Of a stretch of 63,524 nucleotides of DNA, positions 9,205 through 18,648 are shown piece after piece (within the stretch, counting starts at the first letter, position 1; the number at the start of each line of letters is the position of its first letter). Below the pieces are notes generated by a model. That model was not told where the DNA came from, made no database searches, and saw only the letters and a program-made list of their open reading frames with translations. The stretch is taken from positions 1-63,524 of the IMG/VR virus record IMGVR_UViG_3300049203_000318. The stretch is one strand, 5' to 3'. The DNA comes from a virus. Lineage: Duplodnaviria > Caudoviricetes. The translations under genes were made by a program, and so were the position numbers.

Positions 9205-10117
9205 CACGCACATATCTTTGCGCTCGCTGGAGTGCAACCAGTTTTTTCCCTGGGAGACGCATCGCGTCGAAAATCCCAGACCCAAGCTGTCACTGCTCGA
9301 CAATATGACCGTGCAGCGCGGGACGATCGAGGACTGGCGCACGCTCGAAGCGCTCCACTACAAGCAATCCGGCAGTCTCCCGGCCGGCAGCCACCATTTC
9401 ACGCTGAAACTCGGCGACGAGCTGGTGGGCGTGCTGGTGATGGCCAGCCCCAAGCTGCTGCTGAAGGAACGACATGTCGTTCTGCCCAAGCTCAAGCCGA
9501 CCGGGCAGGACAACAAGATGACCAATCAGTATCGGATGAAATGGATCAACGCGAACATGTCAGTCGTGGCGCGTGTCGTGGTGGACACGATGTATCGTGG
9601 CGCCGGCCTGGCCTACCGGTTCACCAACATCGCGGCGCGGATGGAGGGCAAGCGGTTCATCGAGATCCAGTCCAGCATGTCGAAATACAACCAGTTCGCC
9701 CACAAGGCCGGGTTCCATTTCGTCAAGCCGATGCGGTCGAACAAATACGATGTCGGCATCCGGTTTTTCCGCTCAACCTTCACGAGCGACCCAGCCGACC
9801 TAGAAGCGATTCTGGAGGAATGGCTGGCCAAAGATCCGATCGAACGGACCGCCGTTGAGCGCGCGACAAAGGATTTCTACTATGCCCACTCGGCGCTGGA
9901 GAAGACCGGCAAGTCGCTCGGCGGGGTAGGAGAGCGCCGCGTCGAGAAAATGTCGATGCGCGATTGCCTCCACGCCCTCCAGCAGATGGTGCTCGCGAGC
10001 CCGCTCTACGGGATTTACACGAACCCCGATGTCGGCAGCTCTCTGCCTGCGGTTTTGCCCCTGACCGCCTTCGATGCCCAGAAACCTGCCGAGAAGCTGA
10101 TCCTGCCATGCCCCTGA
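9194..10117 (+). CDS. GNAT-family acetyltransferase-like protein
   Basis: Motif A RVVVDTMYRGAGLA, plus LHYK and NQFAHKAGF. Confidence 0.8.
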   Translation: MVTDTHISLRSLECNQFFPWETHRVENPRPKLSLLDNMTVQRGTIEDWRTLEALHYKQSGSLPAGSHHFTLKLGDELVGVLVMASPKLLLKERHVVLPKLKPTGQDNKMTNQYRMKWINANMSVVARVVVDTMYRGAGLAYRFTNIAARMEGKRFIEIQSSMSKYNQFAHKAGFHFVKPMRSNKYDVGIRFFRSTFTSDPADLEAILEEWLAKDPIERTAVERATKDFYYAHSALEKTGKSLGGVGERRVEKMSMRDCLHALQQMVLASPLYGIYTNPDVGSSLPAVLPLTAFDAQKPAEKLILPCP

Positions 10118-10437
10118 TGCCGCTTGAACCCAAACGCCGCGGACCCATGCTGACACCCAAGCAGCTGGCCGTGCTCAAGGCTCTGGTGAAGGGGAACGCC
10201 GATGGTTCTCTGCTCGATGTTTGGCAGCTGATCGAAGCTACGGCGCCAGGAACGACACGCGGATCGATGATCTGCACGCTGCGGCATCTGGCCATGCACG
10301 AGCTGGTTCGCGAAGACGAGCTTGTTATCCGACGATCGAGGAAAGTTCGGACGCTCGCGGCGACCGACAAGGGGCGAGATTTGGTTCGACCGGCGGCCCT
10401 GCCAGCGGCCTGTTCACCGCAACCTCGAACCCCCTAG
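10117..10437 (+). CDS. Winged-helix (MarR/LexA-N-like) DNA-binding protein
   Basis: LTPKQLAVL...LRHLAMHELVR...ATDKGRDL; TGATG coupling. Confidence 0.65.
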   Translation: MPLEPKRRGPMLTPKQLAVLKALVKGNADGSLLDVWQLIEATAPGTTRGSMICTLRHLAMHELVREDELVIRRSRKVRTLAATDKGRDLVRPAALPAACSPQPRTP

Positions 10438-10720
10438 CGCGTGAGCGTGCGCATTATGCGCGCTCGCGTATGCGCACGCGCAGACATAAGAATCAAATAA
10501 TAAATATATATAATAATATTACTTAGATTCTTGAATCAGATTCGATTCAAGATTCGGTTATCTTCACTTCGTTCAGATAACCAGAGCGTCGCTTTCGCTC
10601 CGCTCTTATCGCCGATGGTTGAGAGAAGAGATTTAGGCTAACCATCGGAGTTCGCAAGCCTCCTGGAATTCATGGGGCTTGACCGATCCCGGTGTTTGTG
10701 TGTATCATCACACACATGCA
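10438..10720. other. AT-rich structured non-coding region (candidate pac site or origin)
   Basis: Near-pure AT tract (~10495-10525), six GANTC sites, inverted repeats TCTTGAATC/GATTCAAGA, GGTTATCT/AGATAACC and AGAGCG/CGCTCT, and a 20-bp motif at 10697-10716. Confidence 0.55.
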
Positions 10721-10763
10721 GAACGCTTCGACCCTCACCGTTGCCCCCGGAGTTCGTTGAAGC

Positions 10764-11339
10764 GTGCCTGCCGCTCCGCGCCTGACGCCCTCCGATTGGG
10801 CTACCGTGGTTACGCTCTACGAGCGTGGCGAGAAGACGCTCCGCGAGCTTGCTGAGCAGTTCGGGGTGTCGCCGCAGGCGATCCAGAAAGGCTTGAAGCA
10901 GCGCGGTATCGAGAAGGCTTCCCGCCTCGACGAGGTGTCCAACGAGGTCGATGACGTCGCCCGCAAGGAGCGCGAACGCCGGGTTAAGCAGGCCGCGCAG
11001 CATGTCGAAACCTATGCCGCCTGGTATAATGTCCTCGCCAAGCTGGCGATGAAGAAGGTGATCGACGCCAATCAGGCCGGCGGCATCGCGACGGTCAACG
11101 CCGACGTCCTGACGATCAAGAACGCGATCGCCATCATTGAAAAGGCTCGCAATGAGAGTTGGGACATCCTTGGCATCGAAGATCTGCTGGGCGAAGGCTC
11201 CGAGCTGCCCGACCTGAACGTCGGCGAATACAGCGAGTCCGAGCTTGAGCGTATCCGCGAGGCCAACGAGCAGAGCTACCTCGAAGGCGTCGAGGAAGAG
11301 GAAAACGATCAGGGCGAAGAATACGATCAGGACGACTGA
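10764..11339 (+). CDS. terS: Terminase small subunit
   Basis: N-terminal HTH (LRELAEQFGVSPQAIQK) and acidic tail; directly upstream of TerL. Confidence 0.75.
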   Translation: MPAAPRLTPSDWATVVTLYERGEKTLRELAEQFGVSPQAIQKGLKQRGIEKASRLDEVSNEVDDVARKERERRVKQAAQHVETYAAWYNVLAKLAMKKVIDANQAGGIATVNADVLTIKNAIAIIEKARNESWDILGIEDLLGEGSELPDLNVGEYSESELERIREANEQSYLEGVEEEENDQGEEYDQDD

Positions 11340-11341
11340 TC

Positions 11342-12601
11342 GTGGTCTATTTCCCGCTCCCGAAGATCGATCTGAAGCTGCACCATGGCCAAGCCGCGGT
11401 GTTTCGCCATCCGGCCCGTTTCCGCATCCTGGTCGCCGGCCGGCGCTTCGGCAAGACCCACCTTTCACGCATTGAGCTGATCCGCGCCGCCAAGGGCAAG
11501 GGCCGCCGAACCATCTGGTATGTGGCCCCAACCTTCTCCATGGCTCGCGAAATTATGTGGGATGAGCTGATCGAGGCTCTCCCTTCATCTTGGGTTGCCA
11601 AAAAGCACGAGACGCGCCTCGAGATCCGTCTCATCAACGGCACGGTGATCCAGCTGAAGGGCGCCGACCGTCCCGACACGCTGCGCGGCCGCGCCCTGCA
11701 TTTCTGCATCTGCGACGAGTTCCAGGATTTCCGACCGGATGTGTGGGAGAAGGTGCTCTACCCGACCCTGACCACCACCAAGGGCCGCGCGCTGATAATC
11801 GGCACGCCCAAGAGCTACAACCACTTTTACGAGCTCTACTCCAAGGGCCAGATCAGGAAGAACCAGGAAAGTGGCCAGTGGTTTTCCTGGCAGTTTCCGA
11901 CGATCATGTCGCCCTTCTTTCCGCCGAGCGAAATCAAGCACGCGCGGGAGAACCTTGACCCCAAAACCTTCCGTCAGGAATTCATGGCCAGCTTCGAGAG
12001 CATGGCCGGCCGGGTCTATTATGCCTTCGACCGCGGGCGCCATGTTGGACGCTATCCGTTCAATCCGAACCTGCCGATCATCATAGGGCAGGACTTTAAC
12101 GTCGACCCCATGTCGAGCGTCATCATCCAGCAGCAGCCGAACGGCGAGGTATGGATTGTGGACGAAATCTACATGCCTTCGTCCAACGTGCTGGAGGTCT
12201 GCGAGGAGATCGACCGCCGCTATTTCCGGCACCGGAACAAGATTGCCCTCTACCCTGACCCCGCCGGCGCTAACCGCAGTTCCAGCCGCGGCGAGTCCGA
12301 CCTGGACGTCTTCCGCAACCGCGGCTTTAAGCGCATCTTCTACAAGAAGAAGCACCCGCTGGTGGCTGACCGTGTCGCGACCGTCAACAGCATGTTCCAG
12401 AACGTCGATGGCGAGTCCAAGATGTTTGTGGATGAGCGCTGCACAAAGCTGATCGAAAGCCTCGAGCAGACGATCTACAAGCCAGGAACCCCACAGGTGG
12501 ATAAGAGCCAGGGTGTCGAGCATATGTGTGACGCTCTCGGCTACCCGATCCATTTCATCTACGGCGAGCGCTTCAAGAAGCTGGTGGGCTGGTCTTATTG
12601 A
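11342..12601 (+). CDS. terL: Terminase large subunit
   Basis: AGRRFGKT, LRG..CDE and GTP ATPase motifs; nuclease residues GQDFN and HMCDALGY. Confidence 0.95.
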   Translation: MVYFPLPKIDLKLHHGQAAVFRHPARFRILVAGRRFGKTHLSRIELIRAAKGKGRRTIWYVAPTFSMAREIMWDELIEALPSSWVAKKHETRLEIRLINGTVIQLKGADRPDTLRGRALHFCICDEFQDFRPDVWEKVLYPTLTTTKGRALIIGTPKSYNHFYELYSKGQIRKNQESGQWFSWQFPTIMSPFFPPSEIKHARENLDPKTFRQEFMASFESMAGRVYYAFDRGRHVGRYPFNPNLPIIIGQDFNVDPMSSVIIQQQPNGEVWIVDEIYMPSSNVLEVCEEIDRRYFRHRNKIALYPDPAGANRSSSRGESDLDVFRNRGFKRIFYKKKHPLVADRVATVNSMFQNVDGESKMFVDERCTKLIESLEQTIYKPGTPQVDKSQGVEHMCDALGYPIHFIYGERFKKLVGWSY

Positions 12602-12650
12602 CTTTTGCGTGTGCGTGACATAACGCACAAACTAAGCTATACTGCGCGCC

Positions 12651-14285
12651 ATGGCGCTCGAACTCTCCTCTCTGCTGGCCGCTGGCAACGAGCAACTGCT
12701 CAAGCTGGTCGATCGCCGGCACCCCGAATTCAAGGATCACCTTGAGCATTGGAAGTTTCTCGAATCTTCCTATCGCGGCGGCCGCGACTGGATCGAGAAG
12801 AACCTGTTCACATACACAAAGGAGGGGCCGCGTGAATTTGCCGAACGCAAGAAGCGCGCCTTCCGCTTCCCGCATTCCAAGGAAGTCGTGACGCTGGTCA
12901 ACAAGTATGTCTTCAAGGGCGCGATCGAGCGATCCGAGGAGCTGCCCGCGCCGATCAAGGAATTCTGGGGCGCTTCCACGCTGCTGAAGCGGCCAATCAC
13001 CGACCTGATGGAATCCATCTCTCAATGGTCCAGCGCCTTCGGCCGGATCTGGGTTGTGGTCGACAACAACGTCCAGCCAGGCGTCAGGAGCGAGGCCGAT
13101 CGCAAAGAGTCGAAGGGGCGCTGCTACGCCTACTTTCTGAAGCCGACACAGGCCTACGACTTCGCCTATGATGAGGACGGCGAATTGGAGTGGTTCATCA
13201 ACGGCGAGTTCCGCCGCGATGATGCAGATCCGCTGGCAAGCTCGGGCCTGGTCGAGGAGGTTTTCCGCATCTGGACGAAGCAGTTTACCTGCATCATCCG
13301 GGTCAAGACCGAGAACAACGAACGCACGGCGGTTGTCGATCGGGCCTCTGTTCGCGAGCACAAGATGGGCCTGGTGCCAGTGTTTCCGGCCGACCACATA
13401 ACCTCCGATGAGCTCTACAAGGTCGACGGCCTGATTGAGGACGTTGCCTATATGGATCGGACGGTGGTCAACTACCTGTCCTGCCTCGACGTCATCATCA
13501 CCGATCAGACCTTCAGCCAGCTGGCAATCCCGTTCCAGGGCATGCTGCCGACCGAAGGCGGGAACGATGATGATCCTGACAACGAGGAGATGTCGAACGT
13601 CCAAGTGATGGGCACGAAGCGCGTCTTTGCCTATAATGCCGAAGGCGGCGCCGCTCCGCAGTATATCTCGCCCGACGTCGCCCAGCCGGAGATGATCCTC
13701 AAGGCCGTCACCAAGATTGTTGGTGAAATCTACCACTCGATCGGCATGGCCGGCGAGCGCACCAAGGAAGACAACGCAACCGGTATCGACAACAGCTCCG
13801 GCGTTGCGAAGGCCTATGACTTTGAGCGGCTGAACGCGATGCTCGCTGCGAAGGCTCGCGCACTTCAGAACGTCGAGCGGAATATCGTGCGCCTGGTCAA
13901 TGCCTGGTCGGGCGACGTGAAGGAGCTTCAGGAAACCGAGGAGCTCGTCACCTATCCGCAAACCTTCGACGTTCGCAACCTGGCCGATGAAATGGACAAC
14001 GCCCAGCGCATGTCCGTCATGAACGCGCCGAAGAAGTTGCGTCGCTTCCAGATGCAGCGGCTCGCCAGGAAGATGTTCCCGCAGGCGTCCGAGGCCGAGG
14101 TCAAAGAGATCGCCAAGGACATTGAAGAAAATTGGCTGGAGGAGATGGAGCTTGGGGTCGCGGCCGGCCTGCCGACCATCAATGGCGGAAAGACGCCTCC
14201 GAAGGGTCGCGTGCCTGGGAAGGGGAACAGTCAGGGCGAGAACAACAAGGGCAGCGTGAAGGCAGAGGATAAGGCCGACGCCTAA
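12651..14285 (+). CDS. Portal protein
   Basis: 544 aa directly after TerL; SSGVAKAYDF resembles the SPP1-type portal motif. Confidence 0.85.
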   Translation: MALELSSLLAAGNEQLLKLVDRRHPEFKDHLEHWKFLESSYRGGRDWIEKNLFTYTKEGPREFAERKKRAFRFPHSKEVVTLVNKYVFKGAIERSEELPAPIKEFWGASTLLKRPITDLMESISQWSSAFGRIWVVVDNNVQPGVRSEADRKESKGRCYAYFLKPTQAYDFAYDEDGELEWFINGEFRRDDADPLASSGLVEEVFRIWTKQFTCIIRVKTENNERTAVVDRASVREHKMGLVPVFPADHITSDELYKVDGLIEDVAYMDRTVVNYLSCLDVIITDQTFSQLAIPFQGMLPTEGGNDDDPDNEEMSNVQVMGTKRVFAYNAEGGAAPQYISPDVAQPEMILKAVTKIVGEIYHSIGMAGERTKEDNATGIDNSSGVAKAYDFERLNAMLAAKARALQNVERNIVRLVNAWSGDVKELQETEELVTYPQTFDVRNLADEMDNAQRMSVMNAPKKLRRFQMQRLARKMFPQASEAEVKEIAKDIEENWLEEMELGVAAGLPTINGGKTPPKGRVPGKGNSQGENNKGSVKAEDKADA

Positions 14286-14353
14286 CCAGGTTGTTTGCGG
14301 ATCTCGTGTGTGTTACATTACGCACACTCGAAATCCAATCCAGGACAAGGTGA

Positions 14354-15184
14354 ATGAAGAAATCCAACATGGTCGCATTCCGCGGCTTCCGAATGACAGA
14401 AGCCGAACGGCGCAAGGGCCGTTTGATGCGTGCGCCTGATGGTCACCCCGACCCTGCACCCGAGCCCAAGGTCGACCCAAAGCCTGAGCCGAAGGTAGAT
14501 CCGCAGCCAGAGCCCAAGATCGACCCCAAACCCGACGCCGAGCTTGAGGCTCTGCGCGCTGAGCTTGCTGCCGCTCGCGAAGCAACCGCCAAGTTCGACG
14601 GTATCGACCCCGAGGTCGCTCGTGAGAACGCGCGGAAGATCGAAGAGGCCGCTGCTGCTGCTCGTGAAGCGGAAGAGGCCAAGGCTCGCGCCGAGGGCAA
14701 CTTCGAGCGTCTGCGCGAACTCCAGAACGAGGAATTTGAAGCGCGTCTCGCCGCTCTCACGGAGGAGCGCGATGCTGCTCGGGCCGAAGTGGTGGATCTC
14801 CGCACGACTGCGCAGAAGGCGACCGTCAGCAAGACCTTCGCTTCGTCTGAGTTCTTCTCGAAGGAAACCATCCTGTCGGTTTCGAAGGCCGAGCGGCTCT
14901 ATGGCGATTTCGTCGAGATCGAGGACGGTGAGGTGGTCGTCTATGATGCACCTCGCGGCACCGCCAAGCGCGCCAAGGTGATGGATGCCCGCGGCAATCC
15001 CCTGGCCTTTGACGTGGCGATCAAGAAGGTCGTGGATGCAGAGCCCGACAAGGACACGATTCTGAAGTCGAAGGTCAACCCCGGTGGTGGCTCAAAGACG
15101 GTCGATGGCAAGCAGACGCCCCCTCAGTCGAATGACCGTCTGGCCAAGCTGGCGAGCGGTCTGGCAGCCTTGCGCGGCCGCTGA
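14354..15184 (+). CDS. Capsid scaffolding protein
   Basis: Coiled coil with P-E-P-K-V-D repeats and a GGGS C-terminal region; precedes the capsid gene. Confidence 0.75.
   Translation: MKKSNMVAFRGFRMTEAERRKGRLMRAPDGHPDPAPEPKVDPKPEPKVDPQPEPKIDPKPDAELEALRAELAAAREATAKFDGIDPEVARENARKIEEAAAAAREAEEAKARAEGNFERLRELQNEEFEARLAALTEERDAARAEVVDLRTTAQKATVSKTFASSEFFSKETILSVSKAERLYGDFVEIEDGEVVVYDAPRGTAKRAKVMDARGNPLAFDVAIKKVVDAEPDKDTILKSKVNPGGGSKTVDGKQTPPQSNDRLAKLASGLAALRGR
14458..14535 (+). repeat. Tandem coding repeat PEPK(V/I)DP(K/Q) x3
   Basis: Roughly 24-bp imperfect units inside the scaffold gene. Confidence 0.7.
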
Positions 15185-15187
15185 TTC

Positions 15188-15225
15188 AATTAGGACTGTG
15201 TGTGCTTGCACACACAGTCCTAATT
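15188..15225. repeat. Perfect 18-bp inverted repeat centred on the 20-bp motif
   Basis: AATTAGGACTGTGTGTGC-TT-GCACACACAGTCCTAATT. Confidence 0.9.
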
Positions 15226-15276
15226 TGTTATGATGTGCGACATCAAGATTTCCATGAAATGGATTAGGAGAGATCA

Positions 15277-16179
15277 ATGCCCCTGCTTCGAGTAGAAGCC
15301 GAGAAGCTCTCGAACAACGTCCTCGAGCAGGGCGTGATCGAAGAGATCATCGATAACGATGCCATGTTTTCGCTGCTGCCGTTCAAGCGCATCGTCGGCA
15401 AGGCCTATGTCTATAACCGCGAGAAGTCGCTGAGCGAAGGCTCGTTCCTCGATCCCTACGACGTGATCCCGGAAGGCGGCGCCGAGTTCGACGAGGTCGT
15501 GGCCAAGCTGCGCATTCTGATCGGCGACGTCGACATCGATAACTTCCTGGACGAAACCATGTCCGACACCAACGACCAGACCGCGATCCAGATCGCGGCG
15601 AAGGCGAAGGGCATGTCGCGCAAGTTCCAGCGCACGCTGGCCACCGGTAACTCGGGCACCGACCCGAAGTCGTTCGACGGCATCGCCGAGCTTTGCGCCG
15701 ACAACCAGGTTATGGCAACCGATGGCGACGGCGAAGCGCTGACCTTCGAACGTCTCGACCAGCTGCTCCGCGCTGTTCCGCTGGGCGCTGACGCGCTGGT
15801 GATGCGCGGCGGCACGCACGACGCGATCCTCGCGATGCTGCGCAACCTGGGCGGCACGACCCCTGACCATGTGACCCTGCCGGGTTCCGGCGTGATGGTT
15901 CCGGCCTATCGCCGCACGCCGATCATCATCAACGACTTCCTGCCGGGTAACGAAGTCCAGGGCGCCGGCACCGAAACCTGCTCGATCTATGCGGTTCGTT
16001 TCAACGAAGCCGATGGTCTGCACGGTATCTTCGGTGGTCCGACCGCCGGTCTGCGCGTCAGCTCGGTTGGCGTGGTGCAGAACAAGGACGTCGAGCGCTA
16101 CCGCATGAAGTGGTATGTCGGCACGGCGCTGAAGTCGACCAAGTCGCTGGCCCGCCTGAAGGGCGTGACCAACATTTAA
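15277..16179 (+). CDS. Major capsid protein (HK97 fold)
   Basis: AGGAG RBS; LLPF..I.G.AY.YNRE and FDGI patterns; strong codon bias; position after the scaffold. Confidence 0.9.
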   Translation: MPLLRVEAEKLSNNVLEQGVIEEIIDNDAMFSLLPFKRIVGKAYVYNREKSLSEGSFLDPYDVIPEGGAEFDEVVAKLRILIGDVDIDNFLDETMSDTNDQTAIQIAAKAKGMSRKFQRTLATGNSGTDPKSFDGIAELCADNQVMATDGDGEALTFERLDQLLRAVPLGADALVMRGGTHDAILAMLRNLGGTTPDHVTLPGSGVMVPAYRRTPIIINDFLPGNEVQGAGTETCSIYAVRFNEADGLHGIFGGPTAGLRVSSVGVVQNKDVERYRMKWYVGTALKSTKSLARLKGVTNI

Positions 16180-16225
16180 TGTGGGTGCGTGCTGAGTGGC
16201 ACGCACACATAATGATTGCCCTGGG

Positions 16226-16259
16226 AAAGGGACCGGGCTTTCCGGTCCCTTTTTCTTTT
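16226..16259 (+). terminator. Rho-independent terminator
   Basis: AAAGGGACCGG-GCTTT-CCGGTCCCTTT followed by a T run. Confidence 0.85.
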
Positions 16260-16272
16260 GGAGGAAGTTAGA

Positions 16273-16536
16273 ATGGATTTCGGCGACGCTTTGAGACTGC
16301 TGAAAAAGGGGAGCAAGGTTGCCCGCGCAGGCTGGAACGGGAAGGGAATGTTTCTCTTTCTGGTCCCAGGTTCGGAGTTCCGGGTCAACAGGCCTCCGCT
16401 TCTCGGCATTTACCCGGAAGGGACGGTCATCAACTATCACGCGCACATCGACATGAAAACGGCTCAGGATACCGTAGTTCCCTGGCTCGCCAGTCAGACC
16501 GATGTTCTTGCCGAAGACTGGATCGAGGTAAATTGA
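16273..16536 (+). CDS. DUF2829 / Tad2-like anti-defence sponge protein
   Basis: MDFGDALRLLKKGSKVARAGWNGKGMF...PWLASQTDVLAEDW, the characteristic DUF2829 termini; GGAGG RBS. Confidence 0.85.
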   Translation: MDFGDALRLLKKGSKVARAGWNGKGMFLFLVPGSEFRVNRPPLLGIYPEGTVINYHAHIDMKTAQDTVVPWLASQTDVLAEDWIEVN

Positions 16537-16537
16537 A

Positions 16538-17059
16538 ATGAAGGTTCGCATCACCAGCAAGGGCTGGACAAATTTCACCGGCAGCCTCGGTTTTCAGGCT
16601 ATCTTCAAGAATGGAGTGTCGGTCGAGGATCTGACGCCTCGCCAGATTGCCCGCATTGGCTCGACGGTGCGCATCGTCGATGCTGAAACCGGAGAGCAGG
16701 TGGGGCCGGCTCAGGTTGCTCTGATGCTGCAAGGAAAGCCGATCGTCACCAAACCGCTTGCGAGGACACTTGACGTTGTCAAGCTCGACGAAGAGCGAGA
16801 ACGCGCCGCGTTGATCGCTGCCGAAAAGGCGCGCGAAAAGGCACAAGCTGAGGTGCTGGCCGAAGTCGAGCGCAAGGTCGAGGAGAAGAGCGACGAGGAG
16901 ATCGTCATCTATACCCGCGCCGAGCTCGAGGCGGTAGGTGCTAATAATGGCATCGGCGGTCTGCGTGACATCGCGAAGCCGCTGGGCGTGAAGGGTCGTG
17001 GCATCGTCGAGCTGGTCGAGGAAATCCTGAAGGCTCAGGCCAAGCAGGCTCTCGTCTAA
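16538..17059 (+). CDS. Hypothetical virion-associated protein
   Basis: Lies in the head operon; C-terminal Rho-N-like helix pair (LRDIAKPLGVKG). Confidence 0.65.
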   Translation: MKVRITSKGWTNFTGSLGFQAIFKNGVSVEDLTPRQIARIGSTVRIVDAETGEQVGPAQVALMLQGKPIVTKPLARTLDVVKLDEERERAALIAAEKAREKAQAEVLAEVERKVEEKSDEEIVIYTRAELEAVGANNGIGGLRDIAKPLGVKGRGIVELVEEILKAQAKQALV

Positions 17060-17889
17060 TGCTGGATAACCGCATCTCGGGCAAAGCGTCTACCTTCAGC
17101 ATTCCTCTGGTGGACGCCTCCGGCGCCGCAATCGAGGGCACCGCTGCCAGCTGGGAACTGCGCGACGAGCGAGGCACGGTCATTGACGCTGGTGTGGTTA
17201 CTGACTTCGATCCAGCGGTAGCGACGGCCACATTCGAGATCGAGGCCGTCGCGTTGACGCTACCCGCCGGTCAACTGAGCCAGGGTCGGGAGATCGTGGT
17301 GGCTGTTACGACTGTCACTGATGAGGTCGAGGTGCGGGACTATTTCCTGCTGACTGACGCCAAGCCGCTGACTGTCATGGTCAACAGCTTCATTTCCTAT
17401 CCAGAAGCGTTGTCGATCCGGCAGAGTTTTGGGCCGACACTGGACGGCTGGGATACTGTGGCCGATGTCACCACGCGATCATCTGCCCTTGCCGACGCCT
17501 TTGAGCGGCTGCTGCGCATGAGCTTCAAGGTGCCGTTCCTGGACGCGATGACGCACGCATCGAATTATGCTGCCTATGGTGACGGGACCGACACGCCGTT
17601 CGGCTTATGCGGCCGGGTCAAGCTCCGAGGCATGTCGGTCGAGAGCTTCGACTTGCTGCCTGCGGGGTTCCTTCGTGCCATCAAGCGAGCGCAGCTGATC
17701 GAGGCCAATGTCATTCTGGGTGGCGATGTGGTCGGTCGCAAGCGGCAAGACGGCATTCTCTCTGAAACCATTGGCGAGAGTTCCGCGTCGTTCAGCGACA
17801 AGCCGTTCCTCAATCTTCCCATCAGTCGACAGGCCTATGAGGAACTCCGGCGCTACATCGTGATCAGGATTGGAGTTGCGCGCGGGTGA
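17059..17889 (+). CDS. Head-tail adaptor/connector
   Basis: C-terminal SETIGESS pattern and position after the capsid gene. Confidence 0.6.
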   Translation: MLDNRISGKASTFSIPLVDASGAAIEGTAASWELRDERGTVIDAGVVTDFDPAVATATFEIEAVALTLPAGQLSQGREIVVAVTTVTDEVEVRDYFLLTDAKPLTVMVNSFISYPEALSIRQSFGPTLDGWDTVADVTTRSSALADAFERLLRMSFKVPFLDAMTHASNYAAYGDGTDTPFGLCGRVKLRGMSVESFDLLPAGFLRAIKRAQLIEANVILGGDVVGRKRQDGILSETIGESSASFSDKPFLNLPISRQAYEELRRYIVIRIGVARG

Positions 17890-18647
17890 TCGCCGACCTC
17901 ACGGAGATGGCTGAGCGCAGCGTTCAGCGTTATGACGGATTTCTGGCCTCACTTCGCGGGGAGGCCGATCTCCTGTTCCGCCGGGGCGCTGTTGCTGAGG
18001 CGCTGCGCGACGAAATCTTCTACCGGTCGCTCGAGCTCGCCAGGGGCTTCTCAGCGCGCGAACAAGCTGAGTTGAACGATGATGCGCAAAAGATCGCAAT
18101 CGCTGCTCACGAGCGCGCTCTGAGCGATTTAGGGGCACGCAGCGAGACGATAGCTGATCGCTTCGCTGAGTTCATCTTCTCAGCAGCGCTCTACTCTGCG
18201 CGCTTGATCGCGGCACAGGCTGAGCGAGACGTGATGAATCTGTCGCAGCATGTCAGCACCAACAGCATGCGGGTAGATCTCTATGTGCGGAGCGGCCGAC
18301 ACACACCGTCGAGCGCAGCCGCCGCGGTAATGCTCGAGGACAGCGAGGCGCCGGCCTTCAATTTCATTGATCGCGTTGGCCGCCGTTACAAATCGACCAA
18401 GCACATTCGGGACATTTACCGCGCCAGCCTGCTCAACATCTATAACGAGGTTTATATGGATGTTGCCGTGTCCGCTGGGCACGACAGTATTTTCGTCCAG
18501 CATCCAGACCCCAGCTTCAAGTGGCATGGCGCCGAGCTTCTGGTCGTCTCAGGCGCTGAGGGGCTGCCTCTCTATTACGACGTGAAGGATGAGATTTTTC
18601 ATCCTTCGAGCAATGCAACCGTCACTATCGTCAATCCAGGAGCCTGA
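17886..18647 (+). CDS. Putative head morphogenesis/minor head protein
   Basis: DRVGRR and IFHP..N patterns reminiscent of minor capsid proteins; coupled ORF. Confidence 0.5.
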   Translation: MIADLTEMAERSVQRYDGFLASLRGEADLLFRRGAVAEALRDEIFYRSLELARGFSAREQAELNDDAQKIAIAAHERALSDLGARSETIADRFAEFIFSAALYSARLIAAQAERDVMNLSQHVSTNSMRVDLYVRSGRHTPSSAAAAVMLEDSEAPAFNFIDRVGRRYKSTKHIRDIYRASLLNIYNEVYMDVAVSAGHDSIFVQHPDPSFKWHGAELLVVSGAEGLPLYYDVKDEIFHPSSNATVTIVNPGA

Positions 18648-18648
18648 C

